A stretch of 64,000 bases of DNA from Planctomycetota bacterium (GTDB lineage Bacteria; Planctomycetota; SZUA-567; H5-PLA8): contig JBBRPR010000011.1 of NCBI GenBank assembly GCA_038227875.1, positions 32,001 to 96,000 on the forward strand. Reading direction: 5' to 3'. Under the pieces are notes generated by a model, which saw only the letters and a list, made by a program, of their open reading frames with translations, did no database searches and was not told the origin of the DNA. Both the position numbers and the translations under genes were made by a program. This document shows positions 53,941-64,000 of the stretch, one piece after another (the first letter of the stretch is position 1; each line of letters opens with the position of its first letter).

Positions 53941-56400
53941 TTACTGCTTTTTTAGATCGCTGTTGCCGGTGGGGAATTCCACCTTGCCGCCCAAGCGCCG
54001 TTCCAGCGCCGCGCGCGGCAGGCCGGACATCTTCCCGTCGATCGTGAGCACGTGATGTAGCAGCTTGGTTCCGTCGTTCGACTTGACCAGCAGGGTCGGT
54101 TCGCGCTCGTAGAGGATGATATCCTTGGCCAGATCCTGCAGCGACTTGCCCGGGACGTACACCAGGTTTGTCAGGTCTGAGTTATCGATGTCCTGCGGCA
54201 GATTCACGACGTTGCGCTTGAAGGGGCTTTCGAAAATCTTCAGGTCGCCCTTGTCGTAATTGGAATGCAGGTCGGAGAGCTGCAGCGGATAGCGGTCGAA
54301 ATCCGCCGCATAAAGCTGAAGGGCCAGTCCGACGCGCTTGAACTTGCTATCCACTTCTTCGGAGACCAACTTCTTCTGCTCTTCATTGATCGCCGGATAT
54401 GCAATCGACGCGATCATTGCAATCAGTGTCAGATTTCCCGTCGGCGACGAGAATTCCACCACCACGCCATCTGAATCGGGAAGCGTCGACTTGGCCCAGC
54501 CCATCGGGTACAGGTGCGACGCCAGCAGCGTCGGACTGGGCAACTGAGCCAGCGTTTCGCGGCTGAACCCGCCGGACTTGCCCAGGACAGGCAGCAGCGC
54601 CGTGTAAACATCGACAACGCGGTTGAGGTCAACGTAGTTGATTTCGTAAAGCGAATCGACGCGGAACGACTTCATCAGCGCTTTGAACTTCTTCTCTTCG
54701 CCCAGCGAGGTGCGGGGCGCGCCGTGCTGCGCGATCGACTTCTTCAAGGCTTCAAGGCTATCGGAGAACAGCACGAACTTGCGCGGCTGCGCGCCGGCTT
54801 CGACGTCCATGTCCACGCGCGCGTAGGCCGCAAAGAAGGGCAGGCTCTTCTGATCCGGCAACGCCAGATTGGGAAACAGGCCCAGCGGCGAGTTCGACTT
54901 CTTCTCTTCGCGGGGCATCATGCCCTGCTGGTAATGGATCGTGTACCCAATGTTATTGGCCGTGTAGGTCGTGGTTTGATAGCTCTGGCCAGTCGCGACT
55001 TCGACGTTTGTCATCAACGCCTTGAAGTTCTGATCGGCGACCGCGTTGTCCTTGTCCAGTTCCACGGCAAACACCGCGGTGAACGCCTGGAGTACTTCCG
55101 ACGGCGATTCCAACTTCAGGTTCGGGCGTGGGACGTACGAGATCATGACCGCCATCTCGCCCTTGAACAGGTCAAGCTTGCTGGCCAGATCGTTGTCGTT
55201 GGGCGCGTTGAGCGCAGCGCGCAACTGCTGGTCAATGATGCTGTCCCGGCCCCCGTTGGCGGACTTTGCCAAGTCCTTCACGAACCTCAGAACCGTTGGG
55301 AACGAATCGTTGAGCGCACCGGTCATCCCACTATACGCCAGGGTGTCACCGGGAGTAAACCGGGCCGTCACCGCGCGGCAGGGATCGGAGGCCTTGGGCA
55401 TCGCGGCCTTACTCATGTGAGCCAGAACTTTTTCGCGGATTGGCGCGTTTTCGCCGTCACCCACCTGGATGCCGATCGCCAATTGCGGATGCATGGATTC
55501 CTGCGCCACGTCCTGGCCATTGAGCATCGCCTTCAAATCCGTAAAGGCTTCCGTGGCGCGGGCCAGAATGCTGCGGTCGTCGAGCTGAATGTAGACCAGC
55601 GCGTCGCCGTGTTCGTCATGGCCGACTTCCTTATAGGTGTTCAAGTAGCCATTGTGGAGCGACAGGGTGCCGGCGCCGTTTTTCAAATACCGGTTGATCG
55701 CGTCTTCGACCACGTTCTTGCCCTGGCCGTAAATGAACATGTTTTCGACGAACGCCCACGTCTCGATCAGGTTGAGTTCCGGGCATTCGATGCGGTGGAT
55801 ATTGTACGCGCCGACCGTGTCATCAAAGTCGCGGAAGCGGGGATCGGTGGTCTGATTGTAGCGATGACGTTCAAAAATTTCTTCGAGCACGCGCTGGCGT
55901 TCGTCGCCCGCATCGCCCGGCGGCATGCTGGCCGCGAGCAGGAACTTGCCGGCGACATTGCCCGCCGGAAGAGCGTCGACCGCCATCGCCACTTGTCCGT
56001 CCAGGAATGGCGCGACCTTTAGTGCCAGCGCCACTTCGTCGCTGCGCCGCCGCAGTTCCAGTTCCGTGCGCGTGCCGTCACCCTTGACGTACGTGTCGCG
56101 CATCTTGGCGAGCGTTGCGGTAATCGGCGTGAGGACTTCGTCTTCCGTCACCAACGAATGAAACGCCGTACGTCCAAAAGCGTTCTTGGCGCGGAGGAAA
56201 TCCGGCGTCGAGATGTACAGGAACGGTGACTCCGAGACCAACCGGTCCGGCTTCAATTGACGCCAGGGAGCTTTTTTCTGCGGCGTCGCCGGTGGCGGCG
56301 CGGGATCGTCCTTCTTGTCTTCGCCTGCGCTAACAAAGCACAGCGAACTGCAAACGACGAGAAGTGCGACCGAGCAGAGCACGCGCGATGTGTGCTGCAT
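53941..56400 (-). CDS. Large exported protein (DUF3352-like body) with C-terminal pilin/DUF1559-like segment
   Basis: Signal peptide; C-terminal IAMIASIAYPAI...FKRVGLALQLYAADFDRYP..L. Confidence 0.65.
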   Translation of the reverse strand: MQHTSRVLCSVALLVVCSSLCFVSAGEDKKDDPAPPPATPQKKAPWRQLKPDRLVSESPFLYISTPDFLRAKNAFGRTAFHSLVTEDEVLTPITATLAKMRDTYVKGDGTRTELELRRRSDEVALALKVAPFLDGQVAMAVDALPAGNVAGKFLLAASMPPGDAGDERQRVLEEIFERHRYNQTTDPRFRDFDDTVGAYNIHRIECPELNLIETWAFVENMFIYGQGKNVVEDAINRYLKNGAGTLSLHNGYLNTYKEVGHDEHGDALVYIQLDDRSILARATEAFTDLKAMLNGQDVAQESMHPQLAIGIQVGDGENAPIREKVLAHMSKAAMPKASDPCRAVTARFTPGDTLAYSGMTGALNDSFPTVLRFVKDLAKSANGGRDSIIDQQLRAALNAPNDNDLASKLDLFKGEMAVMISYVPRPNLKLESPSEVLQAFTAVFAVELDKDNAVADQNFKALMTNVEVATGQSYQTTTYTANNIGYTIHYQQGMMPREEKKSNSPLGLFPNLALPDQKSLPFFAAYARVDMDVEAGAQPRKFVLFSDSLEALKKSIAQHGAPRTSLGEEKKFKALMKSFRVDSLYEINYVDLNRVVDVYTALLPVLGKSGGFSRETLAQLPSPTLLASHLYPMGWAKSTLPDSDGVVVEFSSPTGNLTLIAMIASIAYPAINEEQKKLVSEEVDSKFKRVGLALQLYAADFDRYPLQLSDLHSNYDKGDLKIFESPFKRNVVNLPQDIDNSDLTNLVYVPGKSLQDLAKDIILYEREPTLLVKSNDGTKLLHHVLTIDGKMSGLPRAALERRLGGKVEFPTGNSDLKKQ

Positions 56401-56708
56401 AGGGCAATGAGACCTCCGAGCCAGCCCCCTTCAACTTCTTAGATGTGTCAACAGAATTGAACCCAAGGTTTTAGCCAGAATCACTCCGCACCGCCAGCAC
56501 TAATTTGTGCCTAACGCGTTCCATCCGGGGTAACCGTCAATCCAGTAAAGACTTCCGGATTATACCCCAAACTTCGCAAGGCGCATAATTTCGCGCTAAA
56601 GATGCCGATTTTTCCGCTGATTGCGTATCGGTTGTTTTTGGCTACCGTTGCAGCTAGATTTGATGCCGTGAACATTCCACAGCGATTTTAAGGAGTTTGT
56701 TGATCATT

Positions 56709-57377
56709 ATGGCCGACTCAAACGAAGAGAAAAAAGACGAAGTTCCCGCCGTCCGCTTCAGTGAGAAGAAGGTAGACGACAGTTGGAAGGAAGAAGTCCG
56801 CCGCGAACGCGAAGCCGCCGCACGCGCCGCCGCCGGCAAGCCCGAACCGCGCAAGGCCTCCCCCGCTTCGGCCAAAGCGCCGGCCGCACCGACATCGGCA
56901 GCTTCAGCAGCACCGTCTTCAGCAGCTGGTGAAGCGGACGCCGAGGACATGGAAGAAGCAGAAGAAGGTGGAGAAGGCGAAGCCGCACCCGACGCCAACG
57001 CCCCGAAGCTCAGCGCCGCCGAGCAGCAGCAGTCGAAGATTTTCATGAACTTCCTCGCCGGCCTCGCCCAGCAGACGCTGATGCAGATGGGCGAAATGGA
57101 AAGTCCCTTCACCGGCCAGCGCGAAGTCGACCTGCAGGGCGCCCGCTATACCATCGAGCTTCTCGCGACGGTGCAGAACAAAACCAAAGGCAATCTCTTG
57201 CCGGATGAAGCCAGCGCGCTCAAGGACGCTATCCACGATCTGAAGATGCGCTTCGTCGAAGTCACTCAGGAAGTCCAGCGCCAGATGCAGGCCAAGGCGG
57301 CGGGTGGGCCCGGAGGAATGGGCGGCGGACTGCGTCCCGGACCGGGCGGCTCAATCCCCGGCGGCAAGCGACGCTGA
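56709..57377 (+). CDS. DUF1844-domain protein
   Basis: VDDSWKEEV, LAQQTLMQMGE..P..VDL..ARYTIELL...KTKGNL..E...L..LKMRFV; start may be 56697. Confidence 0.85.
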   Translation: MADSNEEKKDEVPAVRFSEKKVDDSWKEEVRREREAAARAAAGKPEPRKASPASAKAPAAPTSAASAAPSSAAGEADAEDMEEAEEGGEGEAAPDANAPKLSAAEQQQSKIFMNFLAGLAQQTLMQMGEMESPFTGQREVDLQGARYTIELLATVQNKTKGNLLPDEASALKDAIHDLKMRFVEVTQEVQRQMQAKAAGGPGGMGGGLRPGPGGSIPGGKRR

Positions 57378-57383
57378 TTAACA

Positions 57384-57609
57384 GCATTGCGGATTTCGGA
57401 TTGCGGATTGCGGATTAGCGAAGGTTGCTAATCCCCTTTCGCAGAACGAGCGTCGAGATCGAAACTAATACCCGCGAACTTCTGAGCGATGAGTCCACTC
57501 CGCAAATGGTCGGTCTCAGAAATGCAACATTCTCGAGGCAACCTCGGCGATACGGATCGATTCGCTTCGCTAATCCGCAATCCGAAATCCGCAATCCGCA
57601 ATCCGCAAT
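57384..57609. repeat. GCGGATT-array-bounded inverted-repeat element, copy 2
   Basis: gcattgcggatttcggattgcggattgcggattagcgaagg ... ttcgctaatccgcaatccgaaatccgcaatccgcaatccgcaat. Confidence 0.85.
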
Positions 57610-57631
57610 AACGACGGGCGAAAAACACGCC

Positions 57632-59260
57632 CTATTCCAGATACCCAAGGTCCGACAACCGCTTCTCAATCTCCTGCTCTTCATCCTTGCTGTACGCGCT
57701 CGACGAACCGCTCGACGTGCTCGGCGCTTTGTCGTCGATGTACTTCGTCGGTGGCGGGACTTCGAAGAGATTCGGAATGGGACGTCCGGTCATTCCTTTT
57801 GGAATCGGTTGGCCCAGGGCTTGAAGAATCGTCGGCGCCATGTCGGCGATGTTCGCGGTCGCGCCCATTCCCAATGATGGCACGATGCCTTCGCCTTCGA
57901 ACGCGTAGACACCTTGAGTACGGTGCACGCCGCCGATCGCGTTGGGCGTCGAACGTACGGCCGGGCCGCGCGTAATTTTCTTGCGCGGGTAGTAACCGTC
58001 CGCAGGGACGACCACCAGGTCCGGCAGATTCAGTTCCTGCTTGCGCGCGTAGATTTCTTCTCCCTTATAGACACGTACAAACAGGGGCGTATCGGTGCCG
58101 GGGATCTTTTCCTGCATGAACTTCGCAATCAGCGCGTCGCGCTCCTTTTCGTAATCCTCCGGCGCGACGATGCCGTGCGCTTCGCGGCCGCGCAGATTCA
58201 TGTACACGAAGCCGTAGATGCCGACGTGCGCCAGGTAAGCCTTGGTACCCGACCAATCCAGCCCCATTTCGCGACTCTTCGTGCGGCGCGAGGCCGCATC
58301 GAATGTCGTCAGCAAACGCAGCTGCCGCGACGCGCGTCCGAAACTTCCCAGCGGCTTCAGATAGCCCCACTTCGCGAGCAAATTGTTGATGAACACGCGC
58401 CCGTTGCTCAGGCCATGCCCATGGTCCGAACAGATCACCCGCAGCGTCCGGCCGGAACCGCCGGGGCGCATGCGCTGGCTGGCGCTGGAATGAAGTCCGA
58501 AGACGCGATTCAGCATCTGGTCGACGCGGCGGAAGAATTTTTTGATCTGCTCGCGGCGATACGGATTCTCGGCGGCAGTTTTCGCATCGCACCAGCGCCA
58601 CGCTTTGTGAAAGAGAATATCCGTGGCCTGCAGGTACGCGACCTGCACGCGCACCGGCCGCTCGCGTTGAAAATGGACGGCCATGCGCTCCACCAGATCG
58701 ATCGCTTCCACGCCGCGGTCGATATTCTGCGCAAAGCCCTCGTCGGTTGCCGCGTCGCCCCAATCGTCTTCGAAGTTGAAATGCAGGTCTGGCGAAATGC
58801 CCAGCACCTCCGCGCGCAGGTCTTCGGGAAACGTAAAGCGGCACTGCGTGTTGGGCGTCTCAAAGCCGCTGACGACGTAGCCGTTCTTCAGCGGAAATGG
58901 CGGATAGTTGCGCGGCAGGAAAATCGAGCCGCAGGGAATGCCAGAGTTGCTCAGCCGCGTGAAGATGCTGTCGGCCTGCGTCACGCTGCTGTCGTGGAAT
59001 TTGAAGCGGTGGTGGGCCGGATCAAATTTGACAAAGTCGACGATGCCGTGCTGCCCCGGATCTTTTCCGGTCAGAAACGTCGACCACGCCGCCGCGGTGT
59101 GCGGCGGGATGGTCGAGTCCAGAGTTCCGTAATGCGCCCGCCGCAGAAACGCAGCGAGCGCCGACATGGTTCCGTCCTGGGCCAGCGGCAGCAGCATGTC
59201 CCAGCAGACGGAATCCAAGGCGAGAATGAGGATGCGTTCAAACGGCTCAAAATTAGGCAT
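57632..59260 (-). CDS. Alkaline phosphatase superfamily / type I phosphodiesterase-nucleotide pyrophosphatase
   Basis: ILALDS, STIPPHTAAAWS..TGKDPGQHGI, SDHG, GVHR..G, DMAPTIL, RLSDLGYL. Confidence 0.9.
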   Translation of the reverse strand: MPNFEPFERILILALDSVCWDMLLPLAQDGTMSALAAFLRRAHYGTLDSTIPPHTAAAWSTFLTGKDPGQHGIVDFVKFDPAHHRFKFHDSSVTQADSIFTRLSNSGIPCGSIFLPRNYPPFPLKNGYVVSGFETPNTQCRFTFPEDLRAEVLGISPDLHFNFEDDWGDAATDEGFAQNIDRGVEAIDLVERMAVHFQRERPVRVQVAYLQATDILFHKAWRWCDAKTAAENPYRREQIKKFFRRVDQMLNRVFGLHSSASQRMRPGGSGRTLRVICSDHGHGLSNGRVFINNLLAKWGYLKPLGSFGRASRQLRLLTTFDAASRRTKSREMGLDWSGTKAYLAHVGIYGFVYMNLRGREAHGIVAPEDYEKERDALIAKFMQEKIPGTDTPLFVRVYKGEEIYARKQELNLPDLVVVPADGYYPRKKITRGPAVRSTPNAIGGVHRTQGVYAFEGEGIVPSLGMGATANIADMAPTILQALGQPIPKGMTGRPIPNLFEVPPPTKYIDDKAPSTSSGSSSAYSKDEEQEIEKRLSDLGYLE

Positions 59261-59268
59261 TGGTGGGG

Positions 59269-60369
59269 TTACTTGAACTTTCCACGCTTAGGTGTCTTCT
59301 TCAAGGGGAGCACAGCGGGCTTGTGGGTCAACGCGCCCTGGTACACAGCAAGAACCAACTCTACCGCCTTGCGTGACTCCGCGCCATCGACGAGCAGTGT
59401 TTCTTTTCCGCCGATGCAGCGCGCGAAATTTTCAAACTGCTTCTGATGTCTGACAAACGAAATCGCCCGCGGATCGGCCGCACCGCTCTTGCCCTTGTCT
59501 TCCGTCGGCGGCGCGAATTTCGCCCGGATCCCCGCGTCCTCCGGTTCCTCCTTTTCGAACTGCCACGCCACCAGATGTCCGCCGCGCAGCCAGGCCGAAC
59601 CTTTTTCGCCGCTGATCTGCAATTCCGCGCCGTGGCCGGGATACATCGCGGTGCTGCCGATGATTGCGCCGACCGCTCCGGACTTGAAACGAAGCGCGCC
59701 GACTGCTGCGTCCTCAACGGCGATCCGCTTGTGTGCCAGACAGGACGCGTACGATGAAACTTCCTTCACCGGCCCCGCGATCCACTGCAGCAGATCGATG
59801 GTGTGAATCGATTGATTCATCAACGCGCCGCCGCCGTCCAGTTCCCACGTACCGCGCCAGCCGCCCGAATCGTAATACTGCTGCGTGCGCCACCAGGGAA
59901 TCAGCGCGTTGCAGACGGTGAACTTTCCAAAGCGCCCTGCATCCGCCGCCGCCTTGATCGTCTGTGCCGCTTCGTTAGTTCGCGACGGGAAAATTCCGCC
60001 GAGCTTGACCTTGGCCTTCTTACACGCAGTGATCATCTGGTCGCAACGTTCGAGCGTCACTTCCAGCGGCTTCTCGCAGACGACGTGCTTCTTGTGCTTC
60101 GCCGCCGCGAGCGCCGGTTCAAGATGTGCGCCGGAAGGCGTGGCGATGGTGACAATGTCCAATCCCGGCGCGTTGAGAAACTCTTCGAAGTCTCCCGTGT
60201 AGACTTTGACGCCGAAGGTCTTGGCGAACGTGTCGGCCTTCTCGCCGCCGGTTCGCGAATAACCGCAGACGAGGTGTCCACCGTCCATGGCCTGTATCGC
60301 CCGAGCATGAAACTCCGCGATCATTCCCAGCCCCACAATTCCAAAGCCAAACCCGCCCGATTGAGCCAT
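59269..60369 (-). CDS. Gfo/Idh/MocA family oxidoreductase
   Basis: GIVGLGMIA, ATPSGAH, CEKP, GGGALMNQSIHTIDL. Confidence 0.95.
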   Translation of the reverse strand: MAQSGGFGFGIVGLGMIAEFHARAIQAMDGGHLVCGYSRTGGEKADTFAKTFGVKVYTGDFEEFLNAPGLDIVTIATPSGAHLEPALAAAKHKKHVVCEKPLEVTLERCDQMITACKKAKVKLGGIFPSRTNEAAQTIKAAADAGRFGKFTVCNALIPWWRTQQYYDSGGWRGTWELDGGGALMNQSIHTIDLLQWIAGPVKEVSSYASCLAHKRIAVEDAAVGALRFKSGAVGAIIGSTAMYPGHGAELQISGEKGSAWLRGGHLVAWQFEKEEPEDAGIRAKFAPPTEDKGKSGAADPRAISFVRHQKQFENFARCIGGKETLLVDGAESRKAVELVLAVYQGALTHKPAVLPLKKTPKRGKFK

Positions 60370-60557
60370 GCCGTCTCCTTTGTTTAAATGGTAGTTACTC
60401 CAATAAATGTAACCGCGCCGGGATGCAAGGAGCGATCGGCGTTCACACCTTTACACCGCATGAGCAAAGGCGTTTCCGAAAATACAAACACCCCGTGTCC
60501 CAGGGGTGTATATTAAGGCACTGCTTTCTTCTGCGCCTCGCGGAGTAACTCCCCGAA

Positions 60558-63500
60558 ATGAATTATCGCACCTTCCGGTTCGTTGCGTGGCCTCTTTTAA
60601 TGTTGATCCTATTTCCTGCGGCCGCGGAAGATTCGGTGACTGTTCCACGCGTGCAGAAAGCTCCGGAGATCGATGGGAAACTTGACGACGCGTGCTGGGC
60701 CGGCGCAGCGGTGCTGAAGTCGTTCAGCGCTCCTGGCAAGGCGGATGCGCCTCCGAAAAAACCGGTCGAAGCGCGGATCTGCACCGACGGCGAGTCGCTC
60801 TACATCGGTATCGTGCTGAGTGAACCCGAGCCTGCGAAAATGCGCGTGCAGTCCACCGTTCGCAACGAGAACGTCTGGACCGACGACTGCGCGGAAGTTT
60901 GGATTCGCACGACGTCCAACAAAATGGATCTCGACCAGTTCCTGGTGAACTCCATCGCCACGCAAGGCGAACAGCGGCAGCGCTCCGGCGCGCGCCAGGA
61001 TTGGAAACCGGCGTGGACGGTGAAGACGTCGAAGGGCGCCGATCAATGGACTGTCGAGATGAAAATTCCGGCGGCAGATTTGAATCTCGACGCATTCCGG
61101 TCAGGCATGCTGCTGGGACTGCGCATCGGCCGCGAAGATTACGCCAGCAACCCGACGGACTACGTGACGTGGCCGGCCGGCGGGCCGTACTCCGGATTTG
61201 AAGGTCTCGGCCAGGCGTTCATCGAGAACAGCAATTGCGTCGAGAGCCCCGCGATGGAAGCGCTCAAGCCGTGGGGCATCGACGCCAACGACGCGAAAAA
61301 TTTCGAGTCGGCACAGGACGGCGCGGACAAGGTCATCCGGATTCACGCGCCGAACCGCTACTGCGCGATGTCGCAGGACCTGCGGCTGCAGCCCAACGCG
61401 CAGTACCGGCTCTCGGCGGAGATCAAAGCCAGCGGCCCGATGTATGTCCGCGTTCGCGCGCCGCAAGCGGATAAGAAAATCGATGAGAAGGTTGACCTGA
61501 GCGCCGAAAAAAGCGACGCGTATACGCCGTACTTCAAACGCTTCACTACCGGGCCTGATGGCAAAGCGATGGTCATCGTCGGCGTCACGGAGACCAGCGG
61601 CACAGGCGATTTTTCCCTCCGCAATCTGCGCGTCGAACGCGACAACAATCAAAGCGACACGGGCCAGGCGATCCCGGTGAAGGCCGGCGAGACGCTCACC
61701 GTAACCAAGCTGATCGTCACCGACTGCCGCGCGCTGAAAGGTTTCATCGGCGCGCCGGTCGACGGCACGCTGAAGAGCGGCCAATGGGACAACGGTTATT
61801 GGGAGTACAACCAACCGGGCTGCGGCGCGGGCGTGGGCTACGACTACCACAACAACGACGGCCTCCACATTACGTTCGCCGACAAGGAAGGATTCAACTT
61901 CGCGGTCGTGCGCGGTGGCGTGAAGGCGCAGCTCTACCGTGATTGCCCGAAGTATGACAGCCCGGATGGTGGGAAGCTGGTCTACGAATTCCCCGGCAGC
62001 GCACAGAATTCGCGCGCGTGGTTTCCGGAAGCGGTGCCGACGAATAAGGTGAGTTTTTTCAATGTCAGCGACGGGTTGATTGCGGATTGTTCGTTTTTCA
62101 GGGTGAAGTCTGACGCGGTAAAGGCGAATGATACAACTCGACTGTTTGTTCCCGAGGCGAAAGAACTATTGCCCGAGGGAATGACCAAAAATAGATTGGA
62201 GGAGCGTTTCAGCGCGGATCAACGCCAATCCTCTCCGTTGTATTTTTGCCATGCGAACGAGGAAGACCTTCTTAAGCGCCGCATGTCAACCACCATGGGT
62301 GCCGGCAAGGCAGTCCAATTCATTTCATTTCCTCTTACGCAAGAAATGACTTTCAGCGCGATTGAACTCATTGCAAATGTCAACGGTGACCCAACACTGA
62401 CGAAAATTCCGTTCACGATTCGCGTCCAAGATCCGCTGAACCCGCGCTTGGAACTTCATGGTGCAGATTACGAACTCGACAAACCTGGGAACATCGACAT
62501 CGTCTGCGATTTTCCGGACCAGATCGTGCCGAAGGGTTCGCAAATCTGGATTACAGTCCGCTTCGATCGTGCTGTTACATTGCAGGCTCCACTATTTGTC
62601 CTCCACACTATTCCCCGCGAACAAGCCTTCCCCCAGGCGCTTGAGCATCGCAAATTCCTGCTCCGCAATTTCTACGCGGTGATGAGCGAAGCGCGGCCGT
62701 GGAACGGGTTCAACAATCAAGGCGACGTCGATAAGGTGACGACCAGCACCTCTCCTGACAAGGCGTGGGTCAAGGAAGTGCTCGAAACGCTCGACCAGTG
62801 CCGTGCGATCGACAAAGACGGCACCGACAACACCGTCCGGCAGTATTACGAATGGATCTACCGCCAGGTGCTGCGGAAGAAGAAGCAGTGGCCCGACTTC
62901 CCGACAAAGTTCGACACGATCGACGGCGTCCCGGAATGGGCGGCGCTGGTCCACCAAGCGTGGATGCAAGTCCGCGCGGTGCCGAAGTGGTGGATCGAAA
63001 ACCGCATGGTCGACAACGGTGAACTGGGCGGGCAAGTCAACGATGACACCGACATGTTCGGCAACTACGCCAGCTTCCCAATGTTTGAACGCGACGGCAT
63101 CGGCGGCCTGTGCCTGAAAGCCGGCGCGAAACTCGCGGCGTATGCGGAGGTCAACAACCTCGAGGACGGGCTCAACAAGAACACGATGGACGCGCTCCAC
63201 GCGTACGAAGAAGGCGTCAACCACGAGTCATACATGTTCTGGTGGTTCTACGGCGATCCGGTCTACTTCGAACGCTGCCTCAACGCAGCGCGCTCGGTGG
63301 AGAAGATCACGTTCCTGACACCCAGCGGCCACCGCCACTTTAAGTCGCTGGAAGAAATCGGCTCATCGGATCTGCACCTGACGCGGAAGATGAGCGTCGA
63401 CGGCGAATTCATGCACCTCTTCATGCATCCGGTACTCGAAGTCGCGTGGTACACGCACCACCCGCGCGTGCTCAAAACACTGCGCGAATGGGGAGACGGC

Positions 63501-64000
63501 TGGCTGGATCATTACGCCAAAGCGCCGGCCGGAGAGTTTCCAAAATTTATCGATCCGGCGACGGACACGGTGAAGACATATGAGAAGTCGCCCTTCCCCG
63601 GCTGCTGGGGCGGCGAAGGTTCGGCGTACACGTTCCTCGCCGATGTGACCGGCGATAAGAAGTACGTGAAGCCGCTAACCGATTTTGCGATGGCCGACAA
63701 ACAGAACTCCATCGCGCCGTACCTGCCGGAACTGATCGCGATGGGTTCCTTCAAAAATCCCGCGCAGGAAGTTCCCGACGCGATTGCAAAGAACTGGACC
63801 GCGGCGCTGTACACCTCCGGCGATACTGCGCCGTTCGTTGCGGCGATCAAGAAAGACATCGAAGAGCTCCAGCGCTTCCCGCATATGTATACGACGGTCG
63901 AATGCTTCACCGACCGTGTTTTTCTATACCCGTTGATTAACCCGGCAATCGCGTACACCGGCGGTTATGCAACGCGCAACAAGATCAACCAGACGTGCGC
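60558..64000 (+). CDS. Large exported protein with N-terminal CBM9-like domain, partial (runs off window; absent from ORF track)
   Basis: MNYRTFRFVAWPLLMLILFPAAAED..APEIDGKLDDACW..VWTDDCAEVW..WTVEMKIP; same frame is open at 62040-62470 and at the window end (GGYATRNKINQTC). Confidence 0.85.
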   Translation, partial: MNYRTFRFVAWPLLMLILFPAAAEDSVTVPRVQKAPEIDGKLDDACWAGAAVLKSFSAPGKADAPPKKPVEARICTDGESLYIGIVLSEPEPAKMRVQSTVRNENVWTDDCAEVWIRTTSNKMDLDQFLVNSIATQGEQRQRSGARQDWKPAWTVKTSKGADQWTVEMKIPAADLNLDAFRSGMLLGLRIGREDYASNPTDYVTWPAGGPYSGFEGLGQAFIENSNCVESPAMEALKPWGIDANDAKNFESAQDGADKVIRIHAPNRYCAMSQDLRLQPNAQYRLSAEIKASGPMYVRVRAPQADKKIDEKVDLSAEKSDAYTPYFKRFTTGPDGKAMVIVGVTETSGTGDFSLRNLRVERDNNQSDTGQAIPVKAGETLTVTKLIVTDCRALKGFIGAPVDGTLKSGQWDNGYWEYNQPGCGAGVGYDYHNNDGLHITFADKEGFNFAVVRGGVKAQLYRDCPKYDSPDGGKLVYEFPGSAQNSRAWFPEAVPTNKVSFFNVSDGLIADCSFFRVKSDAVKANDTTRLFVPEAKELLPEGMTKNRLEERFSADQRQSSPLYFCHANEEDLLKRRMSTTMGAGKAVQFISFPLTQEMTFSAIELIANVNGDPTLTKIPFTIRVQDPLNPRLELHGADYELDKPGNIDIVCDFPDQIVPKGSQIWITVRFDRAVTLQAPLFVLHTIPREQAFPQALEHRKFLLRNFYAVMSEARPWNGFNNQGDVDKVTTSTSPDKAWVKEVLETLDQCRAIDKDGTDNTVRQYYEWIYRQVLRKKKQWPDFPTKFDTIDGVPEWAALVHQAWMQVRAVPKWWIENRMVDNGELGGQVNDDTDMFGNYASFPMFERDGIGGLCLKAGAKLAAYAEVNNLEDGLNKNTMDALHAYEEGVNHESYMFWWFYGDPVYFERCLNAARSVEKITFLTPSGHRHFKSLEEIGSSDLHLTRKMSVDGEFMHLFMHPVLEVAWYTHHPRVLKTLREWGDGWLDHYAKAPAGEFPKFIDPATDTVKTYEKSPFPGCWGGEGSAYTFLADVTGDKKYVKPLTDFAMADKQNSIAPYLPELIAMGSFKNPAQEVPDAIAKNWTAALYTSGDTAPFVAAIKKDIEELQRFPHMYTTVECFTDRVFLYPLINPAIAYTGGYATRNKINQTC

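Noticed and set aside
54514..56022. 502-aa plus-strand ORF
   Set aside because: Antisense shadow typical of high-GC coding DNA
57415..57877. ORFs containing NPQSEIRNPQSAI / ADCGLRISDCGL
   Set aside because: Translation artefacts of the heptamer arrays
57914..59446. 510-aa plus-strand ORF
   Set aside because: Antisense shadow of the alkaline phosphatase-family gene
60609..63958. Several medium ORFs listed in 60.6-64 kb
   Set aside because: All are alternative-frame or antisense fragments of the single plus-strand CDS starting at 60558

Overview
High-GC bacterial chromosome segment, most consistent with a Planctomycetota lineage (RpoA starting MRIRWRGFELP, uL16 starting MALMPKRVK, no rpmD, DUF1844/DUF3108/DUF1559-like proteins); this assignment is inference, not a database result. 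The core (20.1-38.3 kb, minus strand) is the S10-spc-alpha ribosomal superoperon, but rearranged: it starts at rplD (no rpsJ-rplC) behind a structured ~200-nt leader, has an intact signal peptidase I gene between rplW and rplB, and many r-proteins carry extensions or insertions, notably those around the polypeptide exit (uL29 is 158 aa; uL22, uL24, bL17). The left flank holds an archaeal-type DNA topoisomerase VI operon (top6B-top6A) divergent from a Ser/Thr pseudokinase, a FlgD-Ig/NHL propeller protein with a GntR-LacI regulator, a large Gly-rich/MBG/PKD surface protein and an ABC/DUF1854 pair. The right flank holds a desaturase, P450, HEAT proteins, tRNA-Ala(CGC), an ABC operon, hydrolases and a large CBM9-like protein running off the window end (missing from the ORF track). 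Two homologous ~200-bp intergenic elements bounded by inverted GCGGATT heptamer arrays, with apparently conserved internal pairing, are the most striking non-coding feature. No transposase, integrase, CRISPR array or rRNA was seen. All domain calls are by motif recognition only.
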